Shown here: positions 46,919 to 57,141 of the stretch, piece after piece
How the letters are laid out: every line of letters begins with the position of its first letter
Position numbering within the stretch: the stretch's first letter is position 1
Assembly: GCA_964645645.1 (NCBI GenBank)
Contig: CAZYBC010000005.1
Span: 702-64,701 of the forward strand
DNA from: an uncultured Pseudomonadales bacterium
GTDB taxonomy: Bacteria > Patescibacteriota > Microgenomatia > UBA1400 > PJMF01
Direction: 5' to 3'
Length of the DNA stretch: 64,000 bases
Notes under the pieces: model-generated
Told to the model about the DNA's origin: nothing
Seen by the model: only the letters and a program-made list of their open reading frames with translations
Databases searched by the model: none
Translations under genes and position numbers: made by a program

Positions 46919-47833
46919 ATGAATGAAATTGCTATTATTCTAGTTGACTATAATAGTCATGATGAAACTCGAGCTTGTTTAGCTTCACTCTTAGCTTTAA
47001 AAAGACAAAATTTTAATTTTAAAATTTTTGTTATTGATAATGGTTCAAAAACTCTACTAAAGCTGACTAAAAAAGAGTCAGATAATAAAATAGAGGTATT
47101 AAGAAGTGAAGCAAACTTAGGTTTTACTGGAGGTAATAATTTAGGCATTAGTTATGCCATTAAAAATTATAATCCAGATTATTTATTATTGCTTAATAAT
47201 GATACGCGCATAGAAGAAAATTTTTTAACTCACTTATATTTAGCTTTAAAAAATAATACTAAAGCAGGTATTGCTGCTAGTAAAATTTATTTTGAAAAGA
47301 ACCATGAATTTCATAAAAAAAGTTATGCTCGGCATCAACGTGGCAAGGTGTTATGGTATGCTGGCGGCAGCATTGATTGGTTAAACTTATTAGCTTTTCA
47401 TCGAGGGGTAGATGAACTTGATTATGGCCAATTTGATCAACAAACAACTAGTGATTTTGCCACTGGTTGTTCAATGTTAATTAAAAGAGAATTAATTGAA
47501 AAAGTAGGTTTATTAGATAAACGCTATTTTTTATATTTTGAAGATGTTGATTATTCTTTAAGAGCTAAAAGGCATGGTTATCAACTTTTATTTGTTCCTC
47601 AAAGTATTGTTTGGCATATTAACGCTGGTTCTAGTGAAGGGGCAGGAGGAAATACCTCTATTTATTATCAAAACAGAAACCGCTTATTATTTGCTTTTAA
47701 ATTTGGTAGTTTTAGAAATAAATTAACTGCTTTAAAAATTCTATTTAATTTACTAAAAGATCGTCATCCTATTAAACGTCAAGCTGGGTGGGATTTTATT
47801 CTGCAAAGATTTGGTAAACAAATCATAGTTTAA
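46919..47833 (+). CDS. GT2 glycosyltransferase (WbbL/rhamnosyltransferase-like subfamily)
   Basis: IAIILVDYNSHDETRACLASL...IFVIDNGSK...LLLNNDTRIEE...YFEDVDYSLRA. This is GT2 with a DxD and a second acidic motif, at a WbbL-like size. Confidence 0.65.
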   Translation: MNEIAIILVDYNSHDETRACLASLLALKRQNFNFKIFVIDNGSKTLLKLTKKESDNKIEVLRSEANLGFTGGNNLGISYAIKNYNPDYLLLLNNDTRIEENFLTHLYLALKNNTKAGIAASKIYFEKNHEFHKKSYARHQRGKVLWYAGGSIDWLNLLAFHRGVDELDYGQFDQQTTSDFATGCSMLIKRELIEKVGLLDKRYFLYFEDVDYSLRAKRHGYQLLFVPQSIVWHINAGSSEGAGGNTSIYYQNRNRLLFAFKFGSFRNKLTALKILFNLLKDRHPIKRQAGWDFILQRFGKQIIV

Positions 47834-47837
47834 ATTT

Positions 47838-48665
47838 ATGAAAAAAACTCTTAGCGCCATTATTATTGCTAAAAATGAAGCTTTAATGTTAGAAGCTTGT
47901 TTAAAAACTTTATCTTGGTGTGACGAAATTATTTTAATTGACAGTGGCTCAACCGATCAAACTCAAAGCATTGCCAAAAAATATCAAGCTAAAATTGTTG
48001 AATTTACTCATCATTCTTTTGCTAAATTAAGAGAAAAAGGCGCTCAAAGTGCTACTAAAGATTATCTTTTTTATGTTGACGCTGACGAAAGAGTTACTCC
48101 TCAGTTAGCTAAAGAAATTTTAACTGTTTTAGAAAAAACTGAAGCCAAAGTTCTAAAAATTAAAAGACAAAATATTTGTTATGGTCAAGCTTTAACTCTA
48201 GGTGGATGGGAAAAAGATTTTGTTACCAGAATTTTTGCCAAAGACAGTCTTAAAGGTTGGCAGGGTGAAATTCATGAAAGTCCCATTTTTAGCCAAGAAG
48301 TTACAACTTTAAATTCTAGTTTAATCCACTTAACCCATCGCTCTACTGAAGATAATCTACTTAAAAGCGCTGCTTGGACAAAAAAAGAAGCCCAATTACT
48401 TTATGAGGCAGGAATAAAACCAGTTACTTTTTTAACTTTACTGCGTAAAGGAGTAATGGAATTTATTCGTCGAGCTATTTTTCAGAAAGGTTATCAAGAT
48501 GGTTTGGTGGGTTTAATTGAAGCTTTAGTTCAAGGTATTAATCGAATTTTTGTTTATATTCAAGTTTGGGAATTACAACAACAACCATCTCTTAATCAAA
48601 AATATCAACAAGCAGAAAATAAAATTAGCAAATCATGGGCAGAAACAAAGAATCAACTTAAATAA
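47838..48665 (+). CDS. GT2 glycosyltransferase, WaaE/KdtX-like (paralog 2 of 3)
   Basis: LSAIIIAKNEALMLEACLKTLSWCDEIILIDSGSTDQT...FYVDADERVTP. Confidence 0.7.
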   Translation: MKKTLSAIIIAKNEALMLEACLKTLSWCDEIILIDSGSTDQTQSIAKKYQAKIVEFTHHSFAKLREKGAQSATKDYLFYVDADERVTPQLAKEILTVLEKTEAKVLKIKRQNICYGQALTLGGWEKDFVTRIFAKDSLKGWQGEIHESPIFSQEVTTLNSSLIHLTHRSTEDNLLKSAAWTKKEAQLLYEAGIKPVTFLTLLRKGVMEFIRRAIFQKGYQDGLVGLIEALVQGINRIFVYIQVWELQQQPSLNQKYQQAENKISKSWAETKNQLK

Positions 48666-48668
48666 AAT

Positions 48669-49772
48669 ATGAAAATTGCCCTTTATTCACCTTATTTACC
48701 CAATCATTTTGGTGGAGGTGAACATTATTTACTTAATGTTGCTTTAGCTTTAGCTCAAGAGCATCAAGTTTATGTAGCGATTAACGCTAAGAATAAATTA
48801 GATGCAACTAAATTGGCTAAAATTAAAACGCAATATGAACAATTTTTAGCTCAAAAATTAAATAATATTACTTTTATAGAAACTCCTCTTGGTAGTGCCG
48901 CCAATTTTTTAAAAAAATTATTTTGGACTAAACAATTTGACTGTTTATATTATCAAACTGATGGTAGTTTATTTTTTAGTTTAGCAAAAAAAAATATTTT
49001 GCATATCCAAATTCCTTTTACTCAAAATAAAAATAGCTTTATTGAAAGATTAAAATTAAAAAATTGGCAAGTTAAAAATACTAATAGTTTTTTTACCAAA
49101 AATGTGGTTGAAAAAAGTTGGCAAACCACAATTGATTATGTTCACCATCCTATCATTAAACTAAATACTCCAGTTACAAATCAAGTTTTTGGTCAAAAAG
49201 AAAAAATTATTTTATCTGTAGGTAGATTTTTTAGACATTTGCATAGTAAGCGCCAAGATATTTTAGTAGAAATTTTTAAACAAATGCTAAAACTTTATCC
49301 AAAACAATGCCAAAGTTGGAAATTAGTTTTAATTGGCAATGTTGAAGATGAAGCTTATGCTGCAGAAATAAAGAAAGCAGCTCAAGGTTTTCCTATTGAA
49401 ATTAAACATCAAGTAAATAGGGAAGAATTAGAACATTATTACTTAAAGTCAGCAATTTATTGGCATGCTGCTGGTTATGAAGTTGATGAAAATCTCCATC
49501 CAGAAAAAGTAGAACATTTTGGGATCACCAGTGGTGAAGCAATGTTGGCTGGGTGCTTGCCTTTACTCATTAATAAAGGCGGACAACGAGAAATTCTTGG
49601 TGATGATTTGAAAAATCTTTTGTGGCTTGGTGATTCAGATTTGATTCAAAAAACGTTATATTTTATGGAGAATAAAAAAGAACGAATTGCTTGGGCAAGT
49701 AAAGCTCAAGAACAAGCTAAAAAGTTTAATCAAAATAATTTTAGTCATATTTTAGAAAAAATGATTAATTAA
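48669..49772 (+). CDS. GT4 (GT-B fold) glycosyltransferase
   Basis: A glycos_transf_1 C-terminal domain with the EX7E motif (EHFGITSGEAMLAGCLP). The N-terminal domain has the GT-B-type MKIALYSPYLP...GGGEHY. Confidence 0.75.
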   Translation: MKIALYSPYLPNHFGGGEHYLLNVALALAQEHQVYVAINAKNKLDATKLAKIKTQYEQFLAQKLNNITFIETPLGSAANFLKKLFWTKQFDCLYYQTDGSLFFSLAKKNILHIQIPFTQNKNSFIERLKLKNWQVKNTNSFFTKNVVEKSWQTTIDYVHHPIIKLNTPVTNQVFGQKEKIILSVGRFFRHLHSKRQDILVEIFKQMLKLYPKQCQSWKLVLIGNVEDEAYAAEIKKAAQGFPIEIKHQVNREELEHYYLKSAIYWHAAGYEVDENLHPEKVEHFGITSGEAMLAGCLPLLINKGGQREILGDDLKNLLWLGDSDLIQKTLYFMENKKERIAWASKAQEQAKKFNQNNFSHILEKMIN

Positions 49773-49775
49773 TTT

Positions 49776-52184
49776 ATGTCAATTTCTGTACTCATCCCAA
49801 CTTTTAACGGTCAAAAATTATTAGCAAAAAATTTACCGGCTGTCCTAAAAGCTTTAACTAACAACGATGAATTAATTATTCTTGATGATGCAAGCACTGA
49901 TAATACTGTTTCATGGCTTAGTAATTATTTTAATTTAAGCCCAAGCCCTATTCCACAAAATTTAGCCAATCATTCTGTGGCTCAATTTTTGATTGGAACC
50001 AAACAAAAAATAAAAATTAAATTATTAGTTAATCAGCAAAATTTACGTTTTGGGCAAACGGTTAATCGAGGATTCTTAATAGCTGAAAATCAATTAGTTT
50101 GGCTTTTAAATAATGACGTGGCACCTTATCCCAATGCCCAACAATTTTTAGTCAAACATTTTAAAGATCAAACAGTTTTTGCCGTGGGTTGTTTAGAAAT
50201 AGAAAAAAATTTAGGAGGCGTTAAGGGTGGCAAAAATAAGCTTTGGTTTGACAAAGGCATCTTTATGCATAGTCGAGCTGAAGATTTTAAAACTGGGACA
50301 ACAGCATGGGCGAGTGGTGGTAGTGCCATGTTTGATAAAGAAAAATGGTTAAAAATTGGTGGATTTGATAAACGTTTTTATCCAGCTTATTGGGAAGATA
50401 TTGATCTTTCTCAAACGGCTAAAGAACATCATTGGCAAATTTTATTTGAAGAAAAAGCAATAGTTAATCATAACCATGAATCCACTAACGCTGATGTTTT
50501 TGGTCAAGCTCAAATAGAAAAAATTAGCTGGAAAAATGCTCAGAAATTTGTTTTTAAACATGGCACTATCTGGCAAAAACTAGCTAATTTACTGTGGCGT
50601 CCTTATTGGCTTTATCAGAGACAGAAAAAAAACAAATGGCAAATTTTAGTTTTTTTAGGTATTTTTATACTAGCGTCTATTTTAAGATTTTATCAATTGG
50701 GGAAAGTTCCTCATGGGATGACCTGGGATGAAGCAGCTATTGGATATAATGGTTTTGCTATTCTTAATACTCGAAGAGATGAATGGTTGGTAAGATTGCC
50801 AATTTCCTTTAAATCTTTTGGTGATTTTAAAGCTCCGCTAGCTATTTATCTTAATGGTATTTTTACTCACTTTTTAGGCATGAACTTGACTGCTGTTAGA
50901 ATGCCTTTTGCTTTAGCAGGGGTTGCTTCAGTAGTAGGAATTTTTCTGTTGGCACAAACAATGGCTGAATTTTTTAAATTAAAAACTATTCAAGGTTTAA
51001 AATGGCCATTTTGGGCAATATTAGGCTTAAGTCTTTCACCTTGGCATTTACATTTTTCAAGAATTGGCTTTGAATCGGGTTTAGCTTTAATGTTTATTAT
51101 TTATGCTTGTTACTTTTTATTTAAACTTTTTCTTGAATCAGAAAATAATTTTTTTAAAATCAATTTTTGGGCTGGCCTAGCATTCACTAGCTTTGTGGCG
51201 AGTCTTTATACCTATCATAGCAGTAAGATTTTTTTACCTTTATTTGCTTTATTGTTTTTAATTTTATTTTTTAAACATATTAAAAAACTTTGGTTAAAAA
51301 TTTTACCAGCCAGTTTATTTAGCTTAACCTTACTTTATCCTTTAATTAAAGATTCTATTTGGGGAGAAGGAATGACTAGAGCTAATTCATTAATTTTTAG
51401 TGAAAAGCTAAATTTTTTTCAATTAGCAGGCAAAATCATTACTCAATTACTTGCTCATTTATCTCCAGCCTTTTTATTTTTAGGTCAAACTGATACGTTA
51501 AGACATGGCCCAGGTAAATTAGCGGTCTTATTACCTGGCTCAATTATTCTCATTATTTTGGCCTGCTATTTTTTGTTAACTAAAAAATTTTCTAGCACTA
51601 AGAAAAAAATGTTTCAATTTTTATTAGGCTGGCTAATGATCGGTTTAATTCCTGCGGCTTTAGCTACTCCAGTTCCACATAGTAATCGTGCTTTATTAGC
51701 TTTACCAGCAATTATTTTAGGTTTAAGTTTAACACTAAGTTATCTTCGTTCTAAATTGATAATTGGGCTTTTTGTTATCATACAAAGTCTAAGTTTCATA
51801 GCTTATCTTCAATATTATTATCAAGATTTTGCTAAATTATCTGCCAATGATTTTAAAGATGGTTATTTAGAAATAATGGCAATCACTCAAGAATATGAAA
51901 AAGGTCTTAATGGCAAACCCAAAGTAGATAAAATCATTTTTACTAATGATTATGGCCAAGCTTATATTTATGCTTTATTTGTTAGACAAACTAATCCAAT
52001 TTGGTATCAAGGTGGTTCATTAATCAAATATGAATTTAAAGATGATGTTAATGTTGGAGATTTAAGCCGTAACAATAGCTTGATTATTGGTAGTAATAGT
52101 GATGATTTACCCACTGAAAAAGCTGATCATCTAGTTTATGGTAGTGACAATCAGGTAAAATTTAAAGCATTCTATGTTAAATAA
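49776..52184 (+). CDS. Bifunctional fusion: N-terminal cytoplasmic GT2 domain + C-terminal GT-C (PMT/ArnT-like 'DE' family) membrane domain
   Basis: Residues 1-~270 hold GT2 motifs: ISVLIPTFNGQKLL...LIILDDASTDNT...LLNNDVAPYPN...YWEDIDLS. Residues ~280-802 have 10 or more TM segments with GMTWDEAAIGYNGFAILNTRRDEW...SFGDFKAPLAIY and the C-terminal TPVPHSNRALL motif. Confidence 0.6.
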   Translation: MSISVLIPTFNGQKLLAKNLPAVLKALTNNDELIILDDASTDNTVSWLSNYFNLSPSPIPQNLANHSVAQFLIGTKQKIKIKLLVNQQNLRFGQTVNRGFLIAENQLVWLLNNDVAPYPNAQQFLVKHFKDQTVFAVGCLEIEKNLGGVKGGKNKLWFDKGIFMHSRAEDFKTGTTAWASGGSAMFDKEKWLKIGGFDKRFYPAYWEDIDLSQTAKEHHWQILFEEKAIVNHNHESTNADVFGQAQIEKISWKNAQKFVFKHGTIWQKLANLLWRPYWLYQRQKKNKWQILVFLGIFILASILRFYQLGKVPHGMTWDEAAIGYNGFAILNTRRDEWLVRLPISFKSFGDFKAPLAIYLNGIFTHFLGMNLTAVRMPFALAGVASVVGIFLLAQTMAEFFKLKTIQGLKWPFWAILGLSLSPWHLHFSRIGFESGLALMFIIYACYFLFKLFLESENNFFKINFWAGLAFTSFVASLYTYHSSKIFLPLFALLFLILFFKHIKKLWLKILPASLFSLTLLYPLIKDSIWGEGMTRANSLIFSEKLNFFQLAGKIITQLLAHLSPAFLFLGQTDTLRHGPGKLAVLLPGSIILIILACYFLLTKKFSSTKKKMFQFLLGWLMIGLIPAALATPVPHSNRALLALPAIILGLSLTLSYLRSKLIIGLFVIIQSLSFIAYLQYYYQDFAKLSANDFKDGYLEIMAITQEYEKGLNGKPKVDKIIFTNDYGQAYIYALFVRQTNPIWYQGGSLIKYEFKDDVNVGDLSRNNSLIIGSNSDDLPTEKADHLVYGSDNQVKFKAFYVK

Positions 52185-53868
52185 AAAACAATTTATTTTG
52201 GCTTTTATTTTAATTATATTTTTTGCAGCTCTACTTCGCTTAGTGGGTTTAACAAAATTACCACCAGCTCCATATTGGGAAGAAGTCGCTTTAGGTTATG
52301 ATGCGTATAGTTTATTAAAAACTGGCAAAGATCATCACGGTCATTCTTGGCCAATTGTAGCTTTAGAATCTTTTGGTGATTATAAACCAAGTGGTTATTT
52401 TTATGCTTTAATGCCGGTCATAGCTGTTTTAGGTTTAAATGTTGAAGCAGTTCGTTTACCCAGTGCTTTAGCCGGAATTGCGATGGTGGCTGGCATGATT
52501 GTTATTAGTCAATTACTTTTTTTTCCAGATAAAAAAGATAAAAAATCTTTGTGGCCACTAATTGCTGGCTTAATTATGGCCATTTCTCCTTGGGCAATTA
52601 TATTTTCTCGCTCTGCTTGGGAGGTTAATTTAGCAACAGCCATGTTGCTTTGGGCTATTATTTTAGGCATCAAAACTTTGCGAAGTAAAAATCTAAATTA
52701 TTATTGGCCACACTTACTCTTGTTAATAACTACTTTATATACTTACCATAGTACAAGAATTACTGCTCCTTTAATTGGAATTTGGTTTTTAGTGAATTTA
52801 CTTAAACAAAAAATTATTAAGAATAAAACACAATGGATACAATTATTATTAGCCTTAAGTTTAACTTTTCTAGCTGCTTTACCAATGTTATTAGCTATGC
52901 GACAAGCAGAATTTAGAATTCGTTTTGCTCAAACCAGTGCTTTTAATAACTCATCACTGATTGAACAAAGTAATGCGGCTAAAGAGCGTTTAAATAATAG
53001 CCTTTATGCCAGACTTGTTTATCATCGTTATTGGTTTTTCCTTAGAGAAATGAGCACTAATTTTTTGAGTCATTTTAATTTGAATTTTTTATTTATCAGT
53101 GGTGATATAAATCATCGTCATTCCATTCAAATGATGGGTCAACTGTACCATATCGAAATAATTTTTTTATTTTTTGGCTTTGTCTATTTATTTGGTAGAG
53201 AGAAAAATAATTTTAATAAATTTTTCTTATTATTTTGGTTGACAGCCGCTATTTTGCCAGCCAGTTTAACTAATGCTACACCACATGCCTTGAGAATTTT
53301 ACCTAGTTTACCAGTCTTTATTTTATTAATTATTTTAGGAATTAAAGAATTTTTGAACTTAATTAAACCACTAAATTTAAATAAGTTAATCAGAATCTTC
53401 AGCATAGTTTTAATTGTTGGTCTTTATTTAGGAGAATTTACTTATTTTATTCATAGCTACTGCAAACTTTATCCTCAACAATATAGTCAGGAATGGCAAT
53501 TTGGTTATCAGGAAATGCTAAGCGCTTTAGACAACTTAAAAGAACAATATCCAGATTTACCAATTTATATGACTAGAGAACAAGGGAGACCGGCTATGTA
53601 TTATTGGTTTTATCAAAACACCGATCCACGTTTAGTTCAACAAGCCGAAGCCAGCGCATTAAAAGATCAAGGTGAATTCTTAGAATTTGCTAATATTAAA
53701 TTTATCAATGGTTTAAATTTAGCCGAAAATAAACCAGCAATTCTGGTTGGCTCACCAGCTCAAATTATTCAATATCAACAAAGCTATCCCAATCGCCAGT
53801 TAGAAATTAAGCAAACGATTAAAGACTTAAAAGAAGAAGTTATTTGGCAATTAGCCATTTCAAATTAA
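52174..53868 (+). CDS. GT-C glycosyltransferase, PMT/ArnT-like ('DE' family core paralog; EE variant)
   Basis: APYWEEVALGYDAYSLLKTGKDHHGHSWPIVALESFGDYKPSGYFYALMPV, and the C-terminal motif NATPHALRIL. Confidence 0.6.
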   Translation: MLNKKQFILAFILIIFFAALLRLVGLTKLPPAPYWEEVALGYDAYSLLKTGKDHHGHSWPIVALESFGDYKPSGYFYALMPVIAVLGLNVEAVRLPSALAGIAMVAGMIVISQLLFFPDKKDKKSLWPLIAGLIMAISPWAIIFSRSAWEVNLATAMLLWAIILGIKTLRSKNLNYYWPHLLLLITTLYTYHSTRITAPLIGIWFLVNLLKQKIIKNKTQWIQLLLALSLTFLAALPMLLAMRQAEFRIRFAQTSAFNNSSLIEQSNAAKERLNNSLYARLVYHRYWFFLREMSTNFLSHFNLNFLFISGDINHRHSIQMMGQLYHIEIIFLFFGFVYLFGREKNNFNKFFLLFWLTAAILPASLTNATPHALRILPSLPVFILLIILGIKEFLNLIKPLNLNKLIRIFSIVLIVGLYLGEFTYFIHSYCKLYPQQYSQEWQFGYQEMLSALDNLKEQYPDLPIYMTREQGRPAMYYWFYQNTDPRLVQQAEASALKDQGEFLEFANIKFINGLNLAENKPAILVGSPAQIIQYQQSYPNRQLEIKQTIKDLKEEVIWQLAISN

Positions 53869-53870
53869 AA

Positions 53871-55589
53871 ATGCTAAATAAATTAAATAATTGGTTAAAA
53901 ATTAAAAATCATCATTATTATTTAATGATGGGATTGCTATTAATCGTAGCCATTTTTTTACGTTTATATAAATTGGGCCAAATTCCTTTTGCTCTTTACA
54001 TTGATGAATTAGCCATGATGGTAGATGCTAAATCTTTAAGTTTAACTGGTGTGGACATGCACGGTAAAGCTTTTTGGCAAAGTATGTTTTTATCTTATGG
54101 TGATTACAAGTTGCCAGTTTATCTTTGGTTAGCAACTTTGAGTTTTAAATTATTTAGAATTAGTGAATTTTACTTACGCTTACCCAGTGCTGTTATTGGC
54201 ATTCTAACGATTGTCTTAACTGGTATTTTAAGTCAAAAGATTTTTAATTCAGCCAATAAAAAATCTTTGCGCCAAATAATCAGTATATTAGTAATCACGT
54301 TTAGTCCTTGGGCAATGTTGTTTTCTAGGACAGCTTTTGAAGGGCATGTTGGACAATTTTTTCTTGGTCTAGCAGTTTTAATTTGTTTTTTAGCTTTAGA
54401 AATACCTGTTTTATTTTTATTAGCCGGTCTTAGTGCTGGCTTAGCAGTTTATTCTTATTTTTCAGTACGTTTTGTTTGGCCGATTATTTATTTAGCTTTT
54501 GGAATTTTGTTTGTTTTATTTAGAAAAAAAGAAACTCAAACTAAAAATTTATTACTAATAATCACTTTTTTTGTTTTAGGTGGTATCGTTTTCTTTTTAT
54601 CCTTACAACCTTTATATAAAAGTGAATATTATCAAGCCAGTAATCAATTCCGTTATAGCACTACCTCAGTTTTAAATCTCAAAGATTGGCCTGTGGAGTC
54701 TAATATTCTCAAAGAACAAGCTGGTAACCATTTTATTGATCGTTTCTTTTATCACCGCTATGTTTTGATGGCTAGACAATTAGCTAAAAATTATGCTGAT
54801 CATTTTTCTCTTAATTATTTGTTTTTTCAAGGAGATAGTAATTTAAGACATGGTACTGGACAACATGGGCTATTTTTATGGCCACTAATTTTAGCTTTTC
54901 TTTGGGGATTAATTATTTTATTTAAAAAAAATATTAAGGCTTTTGCCTTCTTATTAATTTGGTGGATTGCTGCTGTTTTACCAGCAGCTGTACCAATGGA
55001 AACTCCTCATGCTTTAAGATCACTGAATGCTTTAATTCCTTTAAGTATTATTATTGGTTTCGGCTTAAAAGAAATAATTATTGCTTTTACTCTTAGCCAA
55101 AAAAAATCAATTAAAATTTTAGTTTCTTCTTATTTTTTACTTTTAATTTTTAGCGCTTTTGAATTTGTGACTTTTTATTTTCAACAATATCCTTATGTTA
55201 GTGCCTTATCTTGGCAAGATCATCAAAAAGAATTTGTTCAAACTTTATTAGCTAAACAAAGCCAAACAGAGAAAATTTATTTGCAAGCTTTTACCAGTGA
55301 ACCATATTTAGGTTTCTTAGCTTATGATGAAAATTTAAAAGATTTTTCTCAATTAGATTTAAGTAATAATGATTTAAAACAAATTACTAATCAAATTAAA
55401 ATTACTGATATCTATCCAGATAATTGGGAAAACATTTTTCCTTTTCAAGCTAGATTTATAGTGGCTGGTGAGTACAAGTGGTTAATGAACAATCAATGGC
55501 TTTTAGAACCAGACTATCTTAAACAGGTAGAATTTATCTATAATAGTTTAGGTGAAAAAGCTTTTGCCATTTTAATTTATGAAAGATAA
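53871..55589 (+). CDS. GT-C glycosyltransferase, PMT/ArnT-like ('DE' family core paralog)
   Basis: ALYIDELAMMVDAKSLSLTGVDMHGKAFWQSMFLSYGDYKLPVYLWL, and the C-terminal motif METPHALRSL. The ORF-track start at 53844 overlaps the upstream gene by 25 bp, so the internal ATG was chosen. Confidence 0.6.
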   Translation: MLNKLNNWLKIKNHHYYLMMGLLLIVAIFLRLYKLGQIPFALYIDELAMMVDAKSLSLTGVDMHGKAFWQSMFLSYGDYKLPVYLWLATLSFKLFRISEFYLRLPSAVIGILTIVLTGILSQKIFNSANKKSLRQIISILVITFSPWAMLFSRTAFEGHVGQFFLGLAVLICFLALEIPVLFLLAGLSAGLAVYSYFSVRFVWPIIYLAFGILFVLFRKKETQTKNLLLIITFFVLGGIVFFLSLQPLYKSEYYQASNQFRYSTTSVLNLKDWPVESNILKEQAGNHFIDRFFYHRYVLMARQLAKNYADHFSLNYLFFQGDSNLRHGTGQHGLFLWPLILAFLWGLIILFKKNIKAFAFLLIWWIAAVLPAAVPMETPHALRSLNALIPLSIIIGFGLKEIIIAFTLSQKKSIKILVSSYFLLLIFSAFEFVTFYFQQYPYVSALSWQDHQKEFVQTLLAKQSQTEKIYLQAFTSEPYLGFLAYDENLKDFSQLDLSNNDLKQITNQIKITDIYPDNWENIFPFQARFIVAGEYKWLMNNQWLLEPDYLKQVEFIYNSLGEKAFAILIYER

Positions 55590-57138
55590 GCATTTACTTA
55601 AAACTATCTTAATTGCTTTAATCGGCTTATTTGCTTTATTAAGATTAATTAACTTAGGCACTAATCCGATAATCCTTAATCGAGATGAAGCTGCCTTAGG
55701 TTATAATGCCTGGCTTTTATCTCAGACTGGTTGGGATGAATGGCATCAAAAATGGCCGTTAATGATTAAATCATTTGGTGATTATAAATTACCAGGCTAT
55801 GTTTATTTATTAGTCCCACTATTTAGAGTTTTTAGCACCAGTGATTTTTTATTAAGATTACCGGCTTGTCTTTCAGGGATAATTTTAATTTATTTGAGTA
55901 TCAATTTAGCCAAAAAATTAGGCTTAAAAAAAATTACAACATTAATTTTTGCTTTAAGTATCGCGATTACTCCGGTGTTTTTCTTTTATTCTCGCATGGC
56001 GTGGGAGGCTAATTTAGGCTTAACTTTGCTAATTGGTAGTTTGATTTGCTTATTAAATAAACAAAAATTATTTAATTACTTAGGAATAATTTTAATTTTA
56101 TTAGCTTGCTTTACTTATAATACTCCTTATCTATTATTACCTTTTATTTTAGTTGCTCTAATTTTTTGGCAAAAAATGATTGGCAAAAAAACTAATTGGC
56201 TAATTATTTTAGCCTTAGGCATAGTTTTTATTGGTACTAGTTTAATGATTTTGCCACTTACTAATCAAAAAAGCGGCATTACGATTTTTACTGATCCAAC
56301 GGTAAGAGCTAATTATATTAATTATCGAGCTGATTTTAGTGGCTTAAGTCAAAAAATTTTAGCTAATCAATATATCTATTGGGCATCACTAATGTTCAAA
56401 AATACTTTAGCCAGCTTTAGTTATCAATTTTTAGTAAAAAATGGTGGTGGTCATCCTTGGCATAGTCAGCCTGGTTTTGCTCATCTAAATAATAGTTTTT
56501 ATTTTGTCGGTTTAGCTAGTTTAGTTTTTAATTTAGGAAAAATAATCATTGATTTAATTAAACGTCGTAAAATTCAGTTGCCAATGGTTTTTTTAATTTG
56601 GCTTTTATTTTCAGCATTAATTCCCAGTGTAATTACTACAGACGCCCCACATGCCACTCGGAGTTTATTGTTTTTTTATCTATTTAATTTAATGGCCGTA
56701 ATCGGTTTAGAACAATTTTATTTAGCTGTTATTAAAAAAAAGCCAATGCTAGTGAAAACTTTATTGCTGATCTTAGCAAGTTTAATTAGTTTAGAAACTG
56801 GTCGCTATTTTTATCACTATTTTGTAAGTTATCCTCAGCAACAAACAGCTTTACAGCCTGGTTATCAAAAAGTTTTAGCAGAAGTGAAGTCAACTAATCA
56901 AGCCATTGCCGTGGTTGATCCAAGTGGGTATCAATATATTAGCACTGCTTGGTATCTAAAATTACCTACTAAAATCTTTCTTGATACAGTTATTCATCAA
57001 AATCCTAACCAAATTGGCTTGTCTTATGGAGAAAGAATTAACAATTATCACTTTATTGCCCAAAAAGAAGACCGTAATGAACAAGAAAAAATTTTAATTA
57101 TTTGGGAAAATGGGCAATGGGTTATACAATATTATTAG
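55579..57138 (+). CDS. GT-C glycosyltransferase, PMT/ArnT-like ('DE' family core paralog)
   Basis: ILNRDEAALGYNAWLLSQTGWDEWHQKWPLMIKSFGDYKLPGYVYLLVPL, and the C-terminal motif TDAPHATRSL. Confidence 0.6.
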   Translation: MKDKHLLKTILIALIGLFALLRLINLGTNPIILNRDEAALGYNAWLLSQTGWDEWHQKWPLMIKSFGDYKLPGYVYLLVPLFRVFSTSDFLLRLPACLSGIILIYLSINLAKKLGLKKITTLIFALSIAITPVFFFYSRMAWEANLGLTLLIGSLICLLNKQKLFNYLGIILILLACFTYNTPYLLLPFILVALIFWQKMIGKKTNWLIILALGIVFIGTSLMILPLTNQKSGITIFTDPTVRANYINYRADFSGLSQKILANQYIYWASLMFKNTLASFSYQFLVKNGGGHPWHSQPGFAHLNNSFYFVGLASLVFNLGKIIIDLIKRRKIQLPMVFLIWLLFSALIPSVITTDAPHATRSLLFFYLFNLMAVIGLEQFYLAVIKKKPMLVKTLLLILASLISLETGRYFYHYFVSYPQQQTALQPGYQKVLAEVKSTNQAIAVVDPSGYQYISTAWYLKLPTKIFLDTVIHQNPNQIGLSYGERINNYHFIAQKEDRNEQEKILIIWENGQWVIQYY

Positions 57139-57141
57139 AAT

